Below are positions 18,401-27,598 of a DNA stretch of 64,000 bases, piece by piece. Under the pieces are notes generated by a model. It was not told the origin of the DNA. It saw nothing but the letters and a program-made list of their open reading frames with translations, and ran no database searches. Source of the DNA: Ferruginibacter sp. (lineage in GTDB: Bacteria > Bacteroidota > Bacteroidia > Chitinophagales > Chitinophagaceae); the NCBI GenBank assembly GCA_014379625.1, contig JACMLJ010000072.1, positions 15,184 to 79,183 of the forward strand, written 5' to 3'. Position 1 is the stretch's first letter; the number at the start of each line of letters is the position of its first letter. A program made the translations under genes and the position numbers.

Positions 18401-21061
18401 CCCGGCTGGCAAAACAGGGAGGGCAATGATGACCAGACAGCCGCTTCGATGCTTTCTTTTAGCAGCAATAAGGAAAAGTACAACGTGGGGGAAGAAGTAA
18501 CTTTAAACATACCGGGAAGCAAGGGTGGAAGGATATTGGTTAGCCTGGAAAGCGGAACGAAAGTAATCAAAACTTTCTGGCAGGAAACTACCCAGGGCCA
18601 AACGATTGTGAAGTTTAAAACCGAAGCTTCAATGGCGCCCAATGTATACGCCACCGTTAGTTTGTTGCAGCCGCATGCACAAACCCTCAACGACCTGCCT
18701 ATTCGGATGTATGGGTCCATTCCTATTTTTATAGAAGATAAAAGCACAATTTTAAAACCGGTTTTAAATATTCCCAATTCAATCAGGCCGGAGCAACCGG
18801 TTTCTTTTTCGGTAAGCGAACAACAAGGAAAGGAAATGACTTATTGTGTGGCGATTGTGGACGAGGGGTTGCTGGATCTTACCAGGTTTAAAACTCCCGA
18901 TCCGCATGGGTCTTTTTATGCCAGGGAAGCATTGGGCGTAAAGAGTTTTGATATGTTTGACTATGTGATTGGCGCCTGGGGTGGCGATCTCGAGCGCATC
19001 TTAACCATTGGCGGTGATGGCGATGCCGGGCCGGTAAAACAAAAAACAGCCAACCGTTTTAAGCCGGTGGTGCAATACCTGGGGCCATTTCATTTGAAGG
19101 GCGGACAAAAACAAACGCAAACATTTACGCTGCCTTCCTACATTGGTTCAGTACGGGCCATGGTAGTGGCAGCACATAACGGCACCTATGGCTTTGCTGA
19201 AAAAGCCGTAGCAGTTAAAAAGCCATTGATGTTGCTGGCAACCATGCCAAGGGTGCTGGGGCCGGGTGAAACCATTAAATTGCCGGTGACCGTTTTTGCA
19301 ATGGAGAGCAGTGTTAAAAATGTAAAAATAAGTTTACAAGCCAATCCCTACCTGCAGGTAGTGGGTAACCCTTCACAGGCGCTCAGCTTTTCATCAGCAG
19401 GTGAGCAGATGGTTTATTTTGACGTGCTGGTAAAATCAAATATCGGCGTGGGCAAAGTAAAATTGATCGCTTCATCCGGCAATGAAAAAGCCGATTATGC
19501 AATTGAACTGGACATTCGCAATCCCAATCCGCCTGTTACCAGTGTAAGCGAAATTACCTTAGCACCGGGGCAACAATGGAAAACAAGCGCCGTTCCGATT
19601 GGTGTTCCTGCTACCAGTACGGCAGTTGTTGAAATTTCGAGTGTGCCGCCGATGAACCTGCAGAAGCGGTTGGATTATTTAATTCAGTATCCCCATGGTT
19701 GTATTGAGCAAACAACTTCGGCAGTGTTTCCTCAACTAGTATTAAATCAATTGGCAGACCTGGATGACTATAAAAAGGCGCAGGTAGAAAAAAATATAAA
19801 AGCGGGCATTGCGAAAATGCAGCATTTCCAGCGGCCGGATGGTGGATTTAGTTATTGGCCCATTGGCAATGAAAGCGATGAGTGGGGCACTGATTATGCG
19901 GGTCATTTTTTAATAGAAGCGCAAAACAATGGTTACCTGGTAAGCGACTATATGCTGCAGCAATGGAAAAATTACCAGCGGGGCAAGGCAAATGGCTGGG
20001 TGGCTACCACTACCAATTTTTATGGGGGTGATCTTTCACAGGCCTATCGCTTGTTTACGCTCGCATTGGCGAAGTCGCCTGAACTGGGTGCCATGAACCG
20101 GCTTAAAGAATTCAAATATTTATCTCCTGAAGCGAAGTGGCGCCTGGCAGCCGCGTATAAATTAACCGGCCAGGATAATGCCGCGCTGGACCTGGTGAGT
20201 GGCCTTGCCACATCATTTGCTAACCGGCCTTCAGCCGGGATTACCTTTGGCTCCGAACTGCGGGACCAGTCGATGGTATTGGAAACCTTAACGATCATGG
20301 GTAGACGAACAAAGGCTGCCGAATTATTACCCTCCATTGCTGCAAAATTATCGCAGGATAGCTGGTACAGCACACAAACCACGGCTTATGCTTTGATTGC
20401 TATCGCGAAGTATTGTGGTAAAAACCCATCGGGCGCTAAAATTATTGCGGCGGCCATTGTAGACGGCAAGTCAACAGGCATTAACTCTGCCGCCTATATC
20501 CGCCAATTGCCCATTGTATTTAAGAATGGAAACAGTAATGTGCTGATCACCAATAAAGGAAGCAATACATTATATGTGCGTTTAATAACGCAGGGGCAGC
20601 CCTTAAGCGGTGACAGTTTGAAGGTGAATAATAATCCGGCTGTATTGGATATGAGTGTGAGTTATATAGCACAGAATGGAACAGCGGTTGACATCAGTAA
20701 ACTAACGCAGGGATCAGATTTTGTGGCCAAAGTCGTTATCAAAAACCCGGGTAAGCGCGGGTATTATTCACAGATGGCATTAACACAGATATTTCCCAGC
20801 GGCTGGGAAATATTGAATGCCCGCATGCTGGGTGGTGAAGGGGCATTCAAATCTTCACCTGCTACTTACCAGGATATCCGGGATGACCGGGTTTACACCT
20901 ATTTCAACATCCGCGAAAATGAAACACTCATTTATTATGTACAGTTGAATGCGAGTTATCTTGGCCGTTATTTTTTACCTGGCACATTTGCAGAAGCCAT
21001 GTATGATAATAGTATTACGGCGGGGGTCAATGGAAAATGGGTGGAAGTGATCCAGCCCTGA
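15467..21061 (+). CDS. alpha-2-macroglobulin family lipoprotein, thioester-containing, YfhM/ECAM-like (paralog 2)
   Basis: The ORF track gives 15365..21061. ATG 15467 gives a lipoprotein signal (..LVFTLFS|CNKK). Motifs include the MG-domain WRPGDTMY and FKPVVQYLGPFHLKGG. The thioester motif is YPHGCIEQ (CIEQ = nt 19700-19711). Confidence 0.9.
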   Translation: MDRDRVLRSEKFTATFFRIMLCLTLVFTLFSCNKKDQWIEVDPAFSQYIDAYTTGVISKTSTIRIQLATDANTTHTVGEELKEKLFDFSPAVKGKAYWLNARTIEFKPETWLAPDKLYEVNFKLGKVTKVPDKFSNLRFNMKTVRPSFKVADNGLRSAGTKNKMGLSGELETADVETGKDIEQLLSATLSNLALKINWQHNDAAKSHLFAIDNIERGNSVKTLLLNWNGKPMNMELIGNATITVPAAGDFKVLNVVAMNEAQQFASVQFSDPIAIGQDLTGLITMSNQADISYTINGSEVKVFTNGKLDGNYTVNINSGIKNNWGDILDKGFTANINFENKLPAVKIHGKGNILPNSGRLVLPFDAVNLNAVDISIIKILENNVPQFLQENNIGGNDQLRRVAKPIVQKTLRLDDDKTLDLHKHQRFSLDIDKFLKTEQGAIYRVTIGFRPEYSLYQSVDTTKKNAGNNEEDAEEYDSYGNNGVDDDDAFWDRYDTYYPYGYNWDQRDDPNSRSYYNKDRWAGRNILASNIGLTAKRGNDNAMLVAVSNILTTEPMSGVDLQVMDYQQTIIGSAKSGNDGFVNIDLKRKPYLLVAKKGNERGYLKLDDGSSLALSRFDVSGEEVKNGIKGFIFGERGVWRPGDTMYINCIIEDKEKKLPKDHPVEFSLYTPQGQLYKHAVQNNGEDGFYLFKTNTDAAAPTGNWLAKIKVGGANFEKRIKVETVMPNRLKINVDFGKEAILGIGNTTTGNINAKWLFGATGKNLKAKIDASLNATKTSFPKFAGYDFDNPTANYATQSKIIFDGVLDAEGNAVLKPAFEIDESAPGMLSANMVVKVFEPGGAFSIDNLSVPYSPYASYVGVKLPAGEKPFDFLLSGKNHTLQIVNVDNRGSLVTGTNDVEVQFYRIQWRWWWDDNGDNLSNFTQNEYNKLLKKETVHLASGRGQWQFGVSENEWGRYLILVKDLKSGHTTGTTLYIDEPGWQNREGNDDQTAASMLSFSSNKEKYNVGEEVTLNIPGSKGGRILVSLESGTKVIKTFWQETTQGQTIVKFKTEASMAPNVYATVSLLQPHAQTLNDLPIRMYGSIPIFIEDKSTILKPVLNIPNSIRPEQPVSFSVSEQQGKEMTYCVAIVDEGLLDLTRFKTPDPHGSFYAREALGVKSFDMFDYVIGAWGGDLERILTIGGDGDAGPVKQKTANRFKPVVQYLGPFHLKGGQKQTQTFTLPSYIGSVRAMVVAAHNGTYGFAEKAVAVKKPLMLLATMPRVLGPGETIKLPVTVFAMESSVKNVKISLQANPYLQVVGNPSQALSFSSAGEQMVYFDVLVKSNIGVGKVKLIASSGNEKADYAIELDIRNPNPPVTSVSEITLAPGQQWKTSAVPIGVPATSTAVVEISSVPPMNLQKRLDYLIQYPHGCIEQTTSAVFPQLVLNQLADLDDYKKAQVEKNIKAGIAKMQHFQRPDGGFSYWPIGNESDEWGTDYAGHFLIEAQNNGYLVSDYMLQQWKNYQRGKANGWVATTTNFYGGDLSQAYRLFTLALAKSPELGAMNRLKEFKYLSPEAKWRLAAAYKLTGQDNAALDLVSGLATSFANRPSAGITFGSELRDQSMVLETLTIMGRRTKAAELLPSIAAKLSQDSWYSTQTTAYALIAIAKYCGKNPSGAKIIAAAIVDGKSTGINSAAYIRQLPIVFKNGNSNVLITNKGSNTLYVRLITQGQPLSGDSLKVNNNPAVLDMSVSYIAQNGTAVDISKLTQGSDFVAKVVIKNPGKRGYYSQMALTQIFPSGWEILNARMLGGEGAFKSSPATYQDIRDDRVYTYFNIRENETLIYYVQLNASYLGRYFLPGTFAEAMYDNSITAGVNGKWVEVIQP

Positions 21062-21190
21062 GTTCTGAAAGGATAAACGCTTTAGTGCCTTAGGGAAAAT
21101 TATTTTCACGCTTCAATCGGAGATGATTTTTGCGGTAAAGATTATAGGCTAATATTGTTTGTATCGCTGAGTATAAAATTTAATTATAAG

Positions 21191-22194
21191 ATGAAGCCTG
21201 TAAAACCTAAATACGAAAAGTTGTTAGCAGCAATAGGTCTTACTATTGAAACGGCAAGGCAAAATGCACTAAGAGCCATTAACACGGAATTAGTGAAAGC
21301 CAATTGGGAAATTGGCAGACACATAGTAGAATTTGAGCAGCAGGGGAAAGAAAGGGCGGAGTACGGAAGTGACCTGCTGACAAGGCTTTCCAAAGATTTA
21401 CGGCAGCGTTATGGAAATGGATTTGGCAGACGCAACATTCTGGATATGCGCAGATTTTACCTGGCTTATCAAAAATGGCAGACAGTGTCTGCCAAATTAA
21501 GCTGGAGTCATTACATCGTATTAATAAGTGTGTCTGATGACACGGGCAGGAAGTTTTATGAAAAGTATGCTATTAATGATAAACTGTCGGTAAGAGACCT
21601 TGAACGCCAGATTGATGCATCTTTATTTGAACGGCTTGCATTAAGTAAAGACAAGAAAGGCGTGCTACAGCTTTCGAAAAAAGGGTACATTGTTTCCGAT
21701 CCTGCAGAGATAGTTAAAGATCCCTATGTGCTGGACTTTCTCAAAATTCCGCAAAGCCACAGAATGTCTGAGAAGGCTCTTGAACAAAAGATTATTGATA
21801 ACCTGCAACAATTTTTATTGGAACTTGGTAAGGGCTTCACATTTGTGGCCAGGCAATACAGGATTTCACTTCGCAATAAGCATTATTCTATTGACCTTGT
21901 TTTTATAATCGCATTTTAAAGTGCTTTGTAATCATTGACCTTAAAGCAAGAAAGGTAAATCATGGTGATATCGGGCAAATGAACCTGTATCTTAACTATT
22001 TCAAAACGGAAGAAAGTGTTGAAGGAGACAATGAACCCATTGGTATTATTCTTTCTGCAGAAAAAGATGAAGTATTGGTCGAATATGCAATGGGTGGTAT
22101 TTCCAATAAAATTTTTGTGTCAAAATACCAGCTTTACCTCCCGGATAAAAAACAATTACAAAAGAAAGTAAAGGCAATAATGGAAGGAAAATAG
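21191..22194 (+). pseudogene. DUF1016/YhcG-type PDDEXK nuclease, split by a 1-nt frame change
   Basis: ORFs 21155..21919 and 21979..22194 together read as one gene. Reading GTT TTT and then TAT AAT CGC from the T5 run at 21900-21904 restores ..SIDLVFYNRILKCFVIIDLKARKVNHGDIGQMNLYLNYF.., a D...(D/E)xK core. The N-terminus (NWEIGRHIVEFEQ.G..RAEYG) is DUF1016-like. Confidence 0.8.
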
Positions 22195-22423
22195 GGTTAT
22201 AGCCGGGCAACTAAGATGCAGTGGAAAATACCTGCAAATAAAACGTTATGGGTTGCTGGTTATAATTAACCCAAATTGCGTTGGCCTTGCTCAATAGAAT
22301 TCATTAGTAAGGAAGATACCCTGCCCGACTACGCCAGGCAGACGGGACGTCAATGAAGTTTAATAGATATTCTAAAGCCCGGCTCATAAAAAAGATAACA
22401 GGTACAAAAATTAATCTATTCAA

Positions 22424-24859
22424 GTGTCCATCACTAAAAGTAAAAATGCTACCTCCATACCCAAACACGCCAGGTATCCTATCCGGGGACGGGTGTTGCT
22501 GTTCTTCTTTTTTGTATTACTCACCTGGTTCTGGTTCTCCCTTCCCAATCAATTATTTAATACCCCCACCAGCTATGTAATTGAAGATAAAGACGGCAAT
22601 TTATTAAATGCTTCCATTGCAGCCGATGGACAGTGGCGGTTTCCGGCTAATAGTAAAGTACCGCGAAAATTTATTGACTGCATTACCACTTTTGAGGATA
22701 AACGCTTTTTTTATCATCCCGGTGTAGATCCTCTTGCAATTGTAAGGGCCATCATAAAGAATATTAAAAACAAAGGGGTGGTACAGGGGGGTAGCACCAT
22801 CAATATGCAGGTGGTACGACTTTCAAAAGGAAATAATAAACGTAACATTTGGAATAAACTCAAGGAAAGTATCCTGGCAATACGTTTACAATGCGGGTAT
22901 TCTAAAAGAGATGTGTTGGCATTATACGCTGCCAATGCTCCATTTGGAAGTAATGTGGTAGGATTGGATGCCGCTGCATGGAGATACTTTGGCAGAAATC
23001 CTGCAAAATTAAGTTGGGGTGAAATGGCCGCGCTGGCTGTTTTACCCAATGCACCTGCACTGGTACATCCGGGGAAGAACAGGAACATCTTGCTAAGAAA
23101 AAGAAATGCCCTGCTGGACCAGTTGTTTGCGGCAGGAAAAATTGATGCAGGTACCTGCGCATTGGCTAAGCTGGAAATATTACCTGGAGCACCGGTACGC
23201 TTACCCCAAAATGCACCCCATTTATTACAGCGGTTTAAAAAGTATACCCAGTTGGCAAAAGGTGAATCTAAAATTGTCACCACATTGGATGGCAGTCTTC
23301 AAAAAAACGTAATGGCTATTGTTCAGCAACACCAATCTGTTTTGAAAGGTAACGGAATCAACAATGCCTGTGCCCTGGTATTAGATGTGGAAACAGGCAA
23401 TACCCTTGCTTATGTTGGTAATATTTACGATCCGGCAAATAAGGAGATGGAAAGTGATGTTGATGTAATAGCGGCGCCCCGCAGCCCGGGCAGCGCATTA
23501 AAGCCAATCTTATATGCCGCGATGTTAAGTGATGGTTTGATCCTGCCTAATTCAATCATCCCTGATATACCAACACAGATAGGCAGTTATGCGCCCAAAA
23601 ATTTTGACCTCGGCTATGATGGAGCTGTACCTGCCCGAAACGCCCTGTCAAGAAGCCTGAATATACCGGCAGTAAGACTATTGCAGCAATACAAATACCA
23701 GCGGTTTTATGAAACATTGCAGCAATGCGGCATCACTACACTCAACCGGCCGGCGGATACTTATGGTTTAAGTTTGATCCTGGGGGGGTGCGAAGTAACC
23801 ATGTGGGATCTTGCAGGCGTGTATGCATCCATGGCACGCAGTTTAAATCACCAGGCCAAAAATCATGGAAAATTTGATGCCCGTGATTTTCATGCTCCAA
23901 AATATATACGTGCTGGTTCCGGCGTGGGTCGATCGCCGTTAGTCAATGCTCAAATACCCGCTTTAAATATTTCCTTAGATCCAACCTCCACCTGGTTCAC
24001 CTTCCTGGCGATGCAGGATGTGATGCGACCCGGGGAGGAAGGCCTGTGGCAACAGTTTTCCTCTTCTCAAACCATCGCCTGGAAAACAGGCACCAGCTTT
24101 GGTTTCAGGGATGGATGGGCAATTGGGGTAACACCCAAAAATGTAGTAGCTGTTTGGGTAGGCAATACCGATGGTGAAGGCAGGCAGGGATTAATTGGTG
24201 TGCATACAGCCGCGCCAATATTATTCGACATATTTCGATTGCTGCCAACAGTTCCTTTTTTTCAAAAACCAAATTTCAATTATACTTACCTGCCCGTATG
24301 TCGGCAAAGCGGTTACCGGGCAAATATAGATTGTCCGGATGTGGATACTTTATTTTTGCCGCCCAATGGTGAAAAAGTACCATTATGCGGATATCATAAA
24401 ATCATCAACCTCGATGCAACCGGCAGTTATCGCGTAACAGAACAATGCGAAAGCCCATCCACCATGCAACACAAAAGCTGGTTTATTTTATCACCGGCCA
24501 TGGAATATTATTACAGGCAACGCAATGCCGACTATAAAATATTGCCGCCATTTAAAACAGGCTGTGCATTCCAGGAAAACGGCAGACCCATCGAATTGAT
24601 CTATCCGCAGGAAGGAGCGAAAATTTACGTTCCGGTAGAACTAAGCGGCGAAAAAGGAAAAACCATTTTTACCGCAGCACATCGGAGAGCGGGCGCAAAA
24701 ATTTTCTGGAGCCTTGATGATGCATTTGCAGGAACTACGCAAAATTTTCACCAGATAGCATTAGATCCAGCCGTGGGTAAGCACATTATTACATTGGTGG
24801 ATGAAAGCGGCATAAGTGTTTCGAGACAGTTTGAGATATTGAAAAAAGAGCGGAATTAG
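22424..24859 (+). CDS. pbpC: penicillin-binding protein 1C (bifunctional transglycosylase/transpeptidase-like)
   Basis: 811 aa with a GTG start and an N-terminal TM. GT51 motifs are FEDKRFFYHPGVD and GGSTINMQVVR, and the SxxK motif is SALK. The size and the position next to a YfhM-like A2M fit PBP1C. Confidence 0.85.
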   Translation: MSITKSKNATSIPKHARYPIRGRVLLFFFFVLLTWFWFSLPNQLFNTPTSYVIEDKDGNLLNASIAADGQWRFPANSKVPRKFIDCITTFEDKRFFYHPGVDPLAIVRAIIKNIKNKGVVQGGSTINMQVVRLSKGNNKRNIWNKLKESILAIRLQCGYSKRDVLALYAANAPFGSNVVGLDAAAWRYFGRNPAKLSWGEMAALAVLPNAPALVHPGKNRNILLRKRNALLDQLFAAGKIDAGTCALAKLEILPGAPVRLPQNAPHLLQRFKKYTQLAKGESKIVTTLDGSLQKNVMAIVQQHQSVLKGNGINNACALVLDVETGNTLAYVGNIYDPANKEMESDVDVIAAPRSPGSALKPILYAAMLSDGLILPNSIIPDIPTQIGSYAPKNFDLGYDGAVPARNALSRSLNIPAVRLLQQYKYQRFYETLQQCGITTLNRPADTYGLSLILGGCEVTMWDLAGVYASMARSLNHQAKNHGKFDARDFHAPKYIRAGSGVGRSPLVNAQIPALNISLDPTSTWFTFLAMQDVMRPGEEGLWQQFSSSQTIAWKTGTSFGFRDGWAIGVTPKNVVAVWVGNTDGEGRQGLIGVHTAAPILFDIFRLLPTVPFFQKPNFNYTYLPVCRQSGYRANIDCPDVDTLFLPPNGEKVPLCGYHKIINLDATGSYRVTEQCESPSTMQHKSWFILSPAMEYYYRQRNADYKILPPFKTGCAFQENGRPIELIYPQEGAKIYVPVELSGEKGKTIFTAAHRRAGAKIFWSLDDAFAGTTQNFHQIALDPAVGKHIITLVDESGISVSRQFEILKKERN

Positions 24860-25046
24860 TTTTAAAAAAATTTGGTACTAAAAAGAAGTAGGAGGATTAA
24901 ACAAGGCTTACGTACGTTTTTAAAATGCGATTTTAGTAAATAATATTTTGCGCTTGTGATTTGTTTTACTTTTCACTAAATTGATTCGTGTAATTAATTT
25001 TAGGATTATTTATTTTGCTATCCTGGGTATTGTATGGATATATAAT

Positions 25047-25776
25047 AAGTCCGAAGGACTTGAATTTGAGTAGCCGTTGGTGAAACCAATGGAAGAATAT
25101 AATACACCCTGCAACCCTGAAGGGGTTGAATAGATATTGTTGTATCCCATTCCTGTGATGTCCCAATCGCCTCCTCATTTCTTCATTCCGCAAAGAAGTT
25201 AATTTTTATATATCTAACTAAACATCACTTTCTATGGGTACTTTCAAACAGATTTATTACCAAATTGTTTTTGGTACAAAAAACCGGAAACCAGTAATTG
25301 CAGCTGAATATGAACGGGATTATTCAAGTGTATCCATGGTGTAGTAAAAAACAAACAAGGTAAATTATATCGTATCAATGGTATGGAGGATCATATTCAT
25401 ATAATGTCCGATCTCCATCCGACGGTATGCCTGAGTGATTATATTAAGGATATTAAAGTAGCCACCAGTAAATGGATGAAAGAAATTGGCAAGTTTCCTG
25501 CATTTGAAGGTTGGCAGAGTGGATACGGTGCATTTACCTATTCAATAAAGGAAAAGGATAACGTCATCAACTATATTAAGAATCAAAAAGAACATCATAA
25601 AACGGAAACATTTTATGATGAATTCAGGCGTTTGCTGATTGAAAACGGGATTGAATTTGAGGAGAAGTATTTGCTGTAGGAAAGATATTCAACCCCTTCA
25701 GGGTTGGTTGTTTTGGGATACTTCTTAACACCATGGGTTTCACCCTCGGCTACTCAAATTGAAGCCTTTCAGGCTT
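25047..25776 (+). mobile_element. RAYT/IS200-like unit: Y1 (HUH) transposase pseudogene bracketed by ~90-bp imperfect inverted arms
   Basis: The left arm is 25047-25137 and the right arm 25684-25776. Each arm carries three short hairpins (left: 25047-25061, 25074-25092, 25112-25128). The right arm is the reverse complement with compensated stem changes. Confidence 0.75.
25234..25679 (+). pseudogene. IS200/RAYT-family Y1 transposase, frameshifted
   Basis: ATG 25234 gives MGTFKQIYYQIVFGTKNRKP..AEYER, then a premature TAG at 25342-25344. The -1 frame continues ..LFKCIHGVVKNKQGKLYRINGMEDHIHIM.. (HUH motif) ..NYIKNQKEHH (catalytic Tyr region) to 25679. A 1-nt loss near 25312-25320 would explain this. 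Confidence 0.8.
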
Positions 25777-25941
25777 TTCAGGGCATCAAATGACCCCTCC
25801 AGGTTCTTTATTTTTAAGCGAAAATGGTTGTGCAAACTTCTTAATTGATTTTGAATACCTGTATCATGATCAGTTCCTGTTTTTAGTATAATAATTCTCC
25901 TTAATTTTAATTTCTTTTAAGTCAATAATAAAAAATTTTCT

Positions 25942-27573
25942 ATGCCAATACGTATGCAGGACGATCCACAGGATCAACCGGATTTTAGTGACAGCAATTC
26001 CTCGGGTGGGGGCAGGGGAGGTGGTTTTGGAGGGGGAGGAGGGTTATTAAATTTCCTTCCATTGCTGCTCGGTTTGTTTGGAGGCAGGAGCCGGGGCGGT
26101 GGCAGAGGTGGGGGTGGTTGTGGCATGAAAATAATTTTGTTGGCCATAGCTGCTGCCGCAGCCTATTTTTTCTTTTTTAACAATAGTGGTGGTGGTGGTG
26201 GTGGCGGAGTTTCAAATGTAGTACAAAATCTTTTTTCTCAAAGCGGTTATAGCTTCAGCCCGGAGCAGTTTAAGAAAGCGGGTGTTTATGAAGGGCTTGA
26301 AGCTGACAATACCAAAAATCCTTTACCGGAAAGCGTTTCCCTGTTGCGCTTTGCACCCGACAGGCAAAACCAGGGAAAGCAGGGAAGCTGTGTGGCCTGG
26401 AGTAGTGTGTATGCTGCCCGTAGCATCGTGGAAGCAGCGTCTACGGGTGCCAGTGGTAACAGTACCGCTTACAGTCCGGCATTTGTTTACAACCAGATCG
26501 GATTAGAAGATTGCCAGGGCTCTTATATTCAAAAAGCGATGGAGTTTATGACCGATAAGGGGGTAATTCCATATAATGATTTTCCTTATACCGATCAGGA
26601 ATGCAGCAGGCAGCCTACCTCTGCCCTTTGGAATAAGGCAGCGGAAAACCGCATGCATGGTTTTAAGCGCTTAACAGATGGAGAAAGTGTAGACGGGATC
26701 AATGTGCGCGCAGTAAAAGAGCACCTCGCCAAAGATGCGCCCGTTGTAATCGGGATGATGGTGGGGGGTACTTTTATGCAGGAAATGATGGGTAAAGATA
26801 CCTGGGCCCCCAGCAACGAAGACCGCAGCCAGATGGGCTTTGGCGGACATGCTTTGTGCGTGATTGGCTATGATGACCGGCGACAGGCATTCCAGATCAT
26901 GAATAGCTGGGGCCCCGAATGGGGCGATAATGGTGTGGCATGGGTGCGTTATGCCGATTTTAAAGAATTTGTGAGAGAAGCTTATGGAATTGATCCGATG
27001 CCAAAACGCGGTGCAGCGATCAACCTGGCTTTCGAATGTGCTATCGGTCTTGTAAAAAATGATGACAAAAAATATATTCCGCTAAAAGTAAAAACTGGTA
27101 ATGTTTTTGAAACCGTAGGCACAGTTGCCCCGGGTACCGCTTTTAAAATGGAGATCAAAAATGTTACCGAATGCAATATTTATATTTTCGGACAGGAGAC
27201 TGACGGTAGCAGTTATACGCTGTTTCCCTATCCTGATAAAACTGATCCCGCTAAAACACAATTTTCACCCTACTGTGGTATTACCGGTTACCGGCTTTTT
27301 CCAAGAGGCAAAAGTATGGCGCCTGATAATGTAGGTAGCAAAGATGTTTTTGCCGTGGTGGTTACTAAAAAAGCGATTGACTGGTATGCAATCAATGTGG
27401 CCATCAGCAAAAGTACCCGCACCGATTATGGAGGTAAGGTACAGGAAGCATTGGAAGGTAGTGATATTACCAATGTTAGTTTTGCAACAGGTAGTGGCGG
27501 AACAATCAATTTCAAAGCCGAAAATGATCAGAAGAATGCCGTAATTTCGGTTGTGGAGGTAAATAAACAATAG
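25942..27573 (+). CDS. membrane-anchored papain-like (C1) cysteine peptidase fused to a DUF4384-like C-terminal domain
   Basis: 543 aa. It starts with a Gly/Arg-rich N-terminus followed by a TM (MKIILLAIAAAAAYFFFF). The catalytic-type motifs are QGSCVAWS (Cys), GGHALCVIGYDD (His) and NSWGPEWGDNG (Asn/Trp). The C-terminal pattern is FKMEIKNVTECNIYIFGQETDGSSYTLFPYP...VFAVVVTKK. Confidence 0.8.
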   Translation: MPIRMQDDPQDQPDFSDSNSSGGGRGGGFGGGGGLLNFLPLLLGLFGGRSRGGGRGGGGCGMKIILLAIAAAAAYFFFFNNSGGGGGGGVSNVVQNLFSQSGYSFSPEQFKKAGVYEGLEADNTKNPLPESVSLLRFAPDRQNQGKQGSCVAWSSVYAARSIVEAASTGASGNSTAYSPAFVYNQIGLEDCQGSYIQKAMEFMTDKGVIPYNDFPYTDQECSRQPTSALWNKAAENRMHGFKRLTDGESVDGINVRAVKEHLAKDAPVVIGMMVGGTFMQEMMGKDTWAPSNEDRSQMGFGGHALCVIGYDDRRQAFQIMNSWGPEWGDNGVAWVRYADFKEFVREAYGIDPMPKRGAAINLAFECAIGLVKNDDKKYIPLKVKTGNVFETVGTVAPGTAFKMEIKNVTECNIYIFGQETDGSSYTLFPYPDKTDPAKTQFSPYCGITGYRLFPRGKSMAPDNVGSKDVFAVVVTKKAIDWYAINVAISKSTRTDYGGKVQEALEGSDITNVSFATGSGGTINFKAENDQKNAVISVVEVNKQ

Positions 27574-27598
27574 GAATTTGTACCAGTAAATAAAAACG

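Noticed and set aside
10858-20382. Numerous 60-190-aa antisense or out-of-frame ORFs inside the two A2M genes (e.g. 11565..12044, 15754..16326, 16751..17170, 18367..18777).
   Set aside because: They are shadow ORFs embedded in long genes that have strong domain motifs. Nothing supports overlapping coding.
22353-22580. 75-aa ORF overlapping the pbpC start.
   Set aside because: It is out of frame with pbpC, whose N-terminal TM and GT51 motifs are clear. There is no independent support.
24966-25193. 75-aa minus-strand ORF upstream of the Y1 transposase.
   Set aside because: It is a translation across the left inverted-repeat arm and the CACGAAT-like motif, so it is a repeat-derived artefact.
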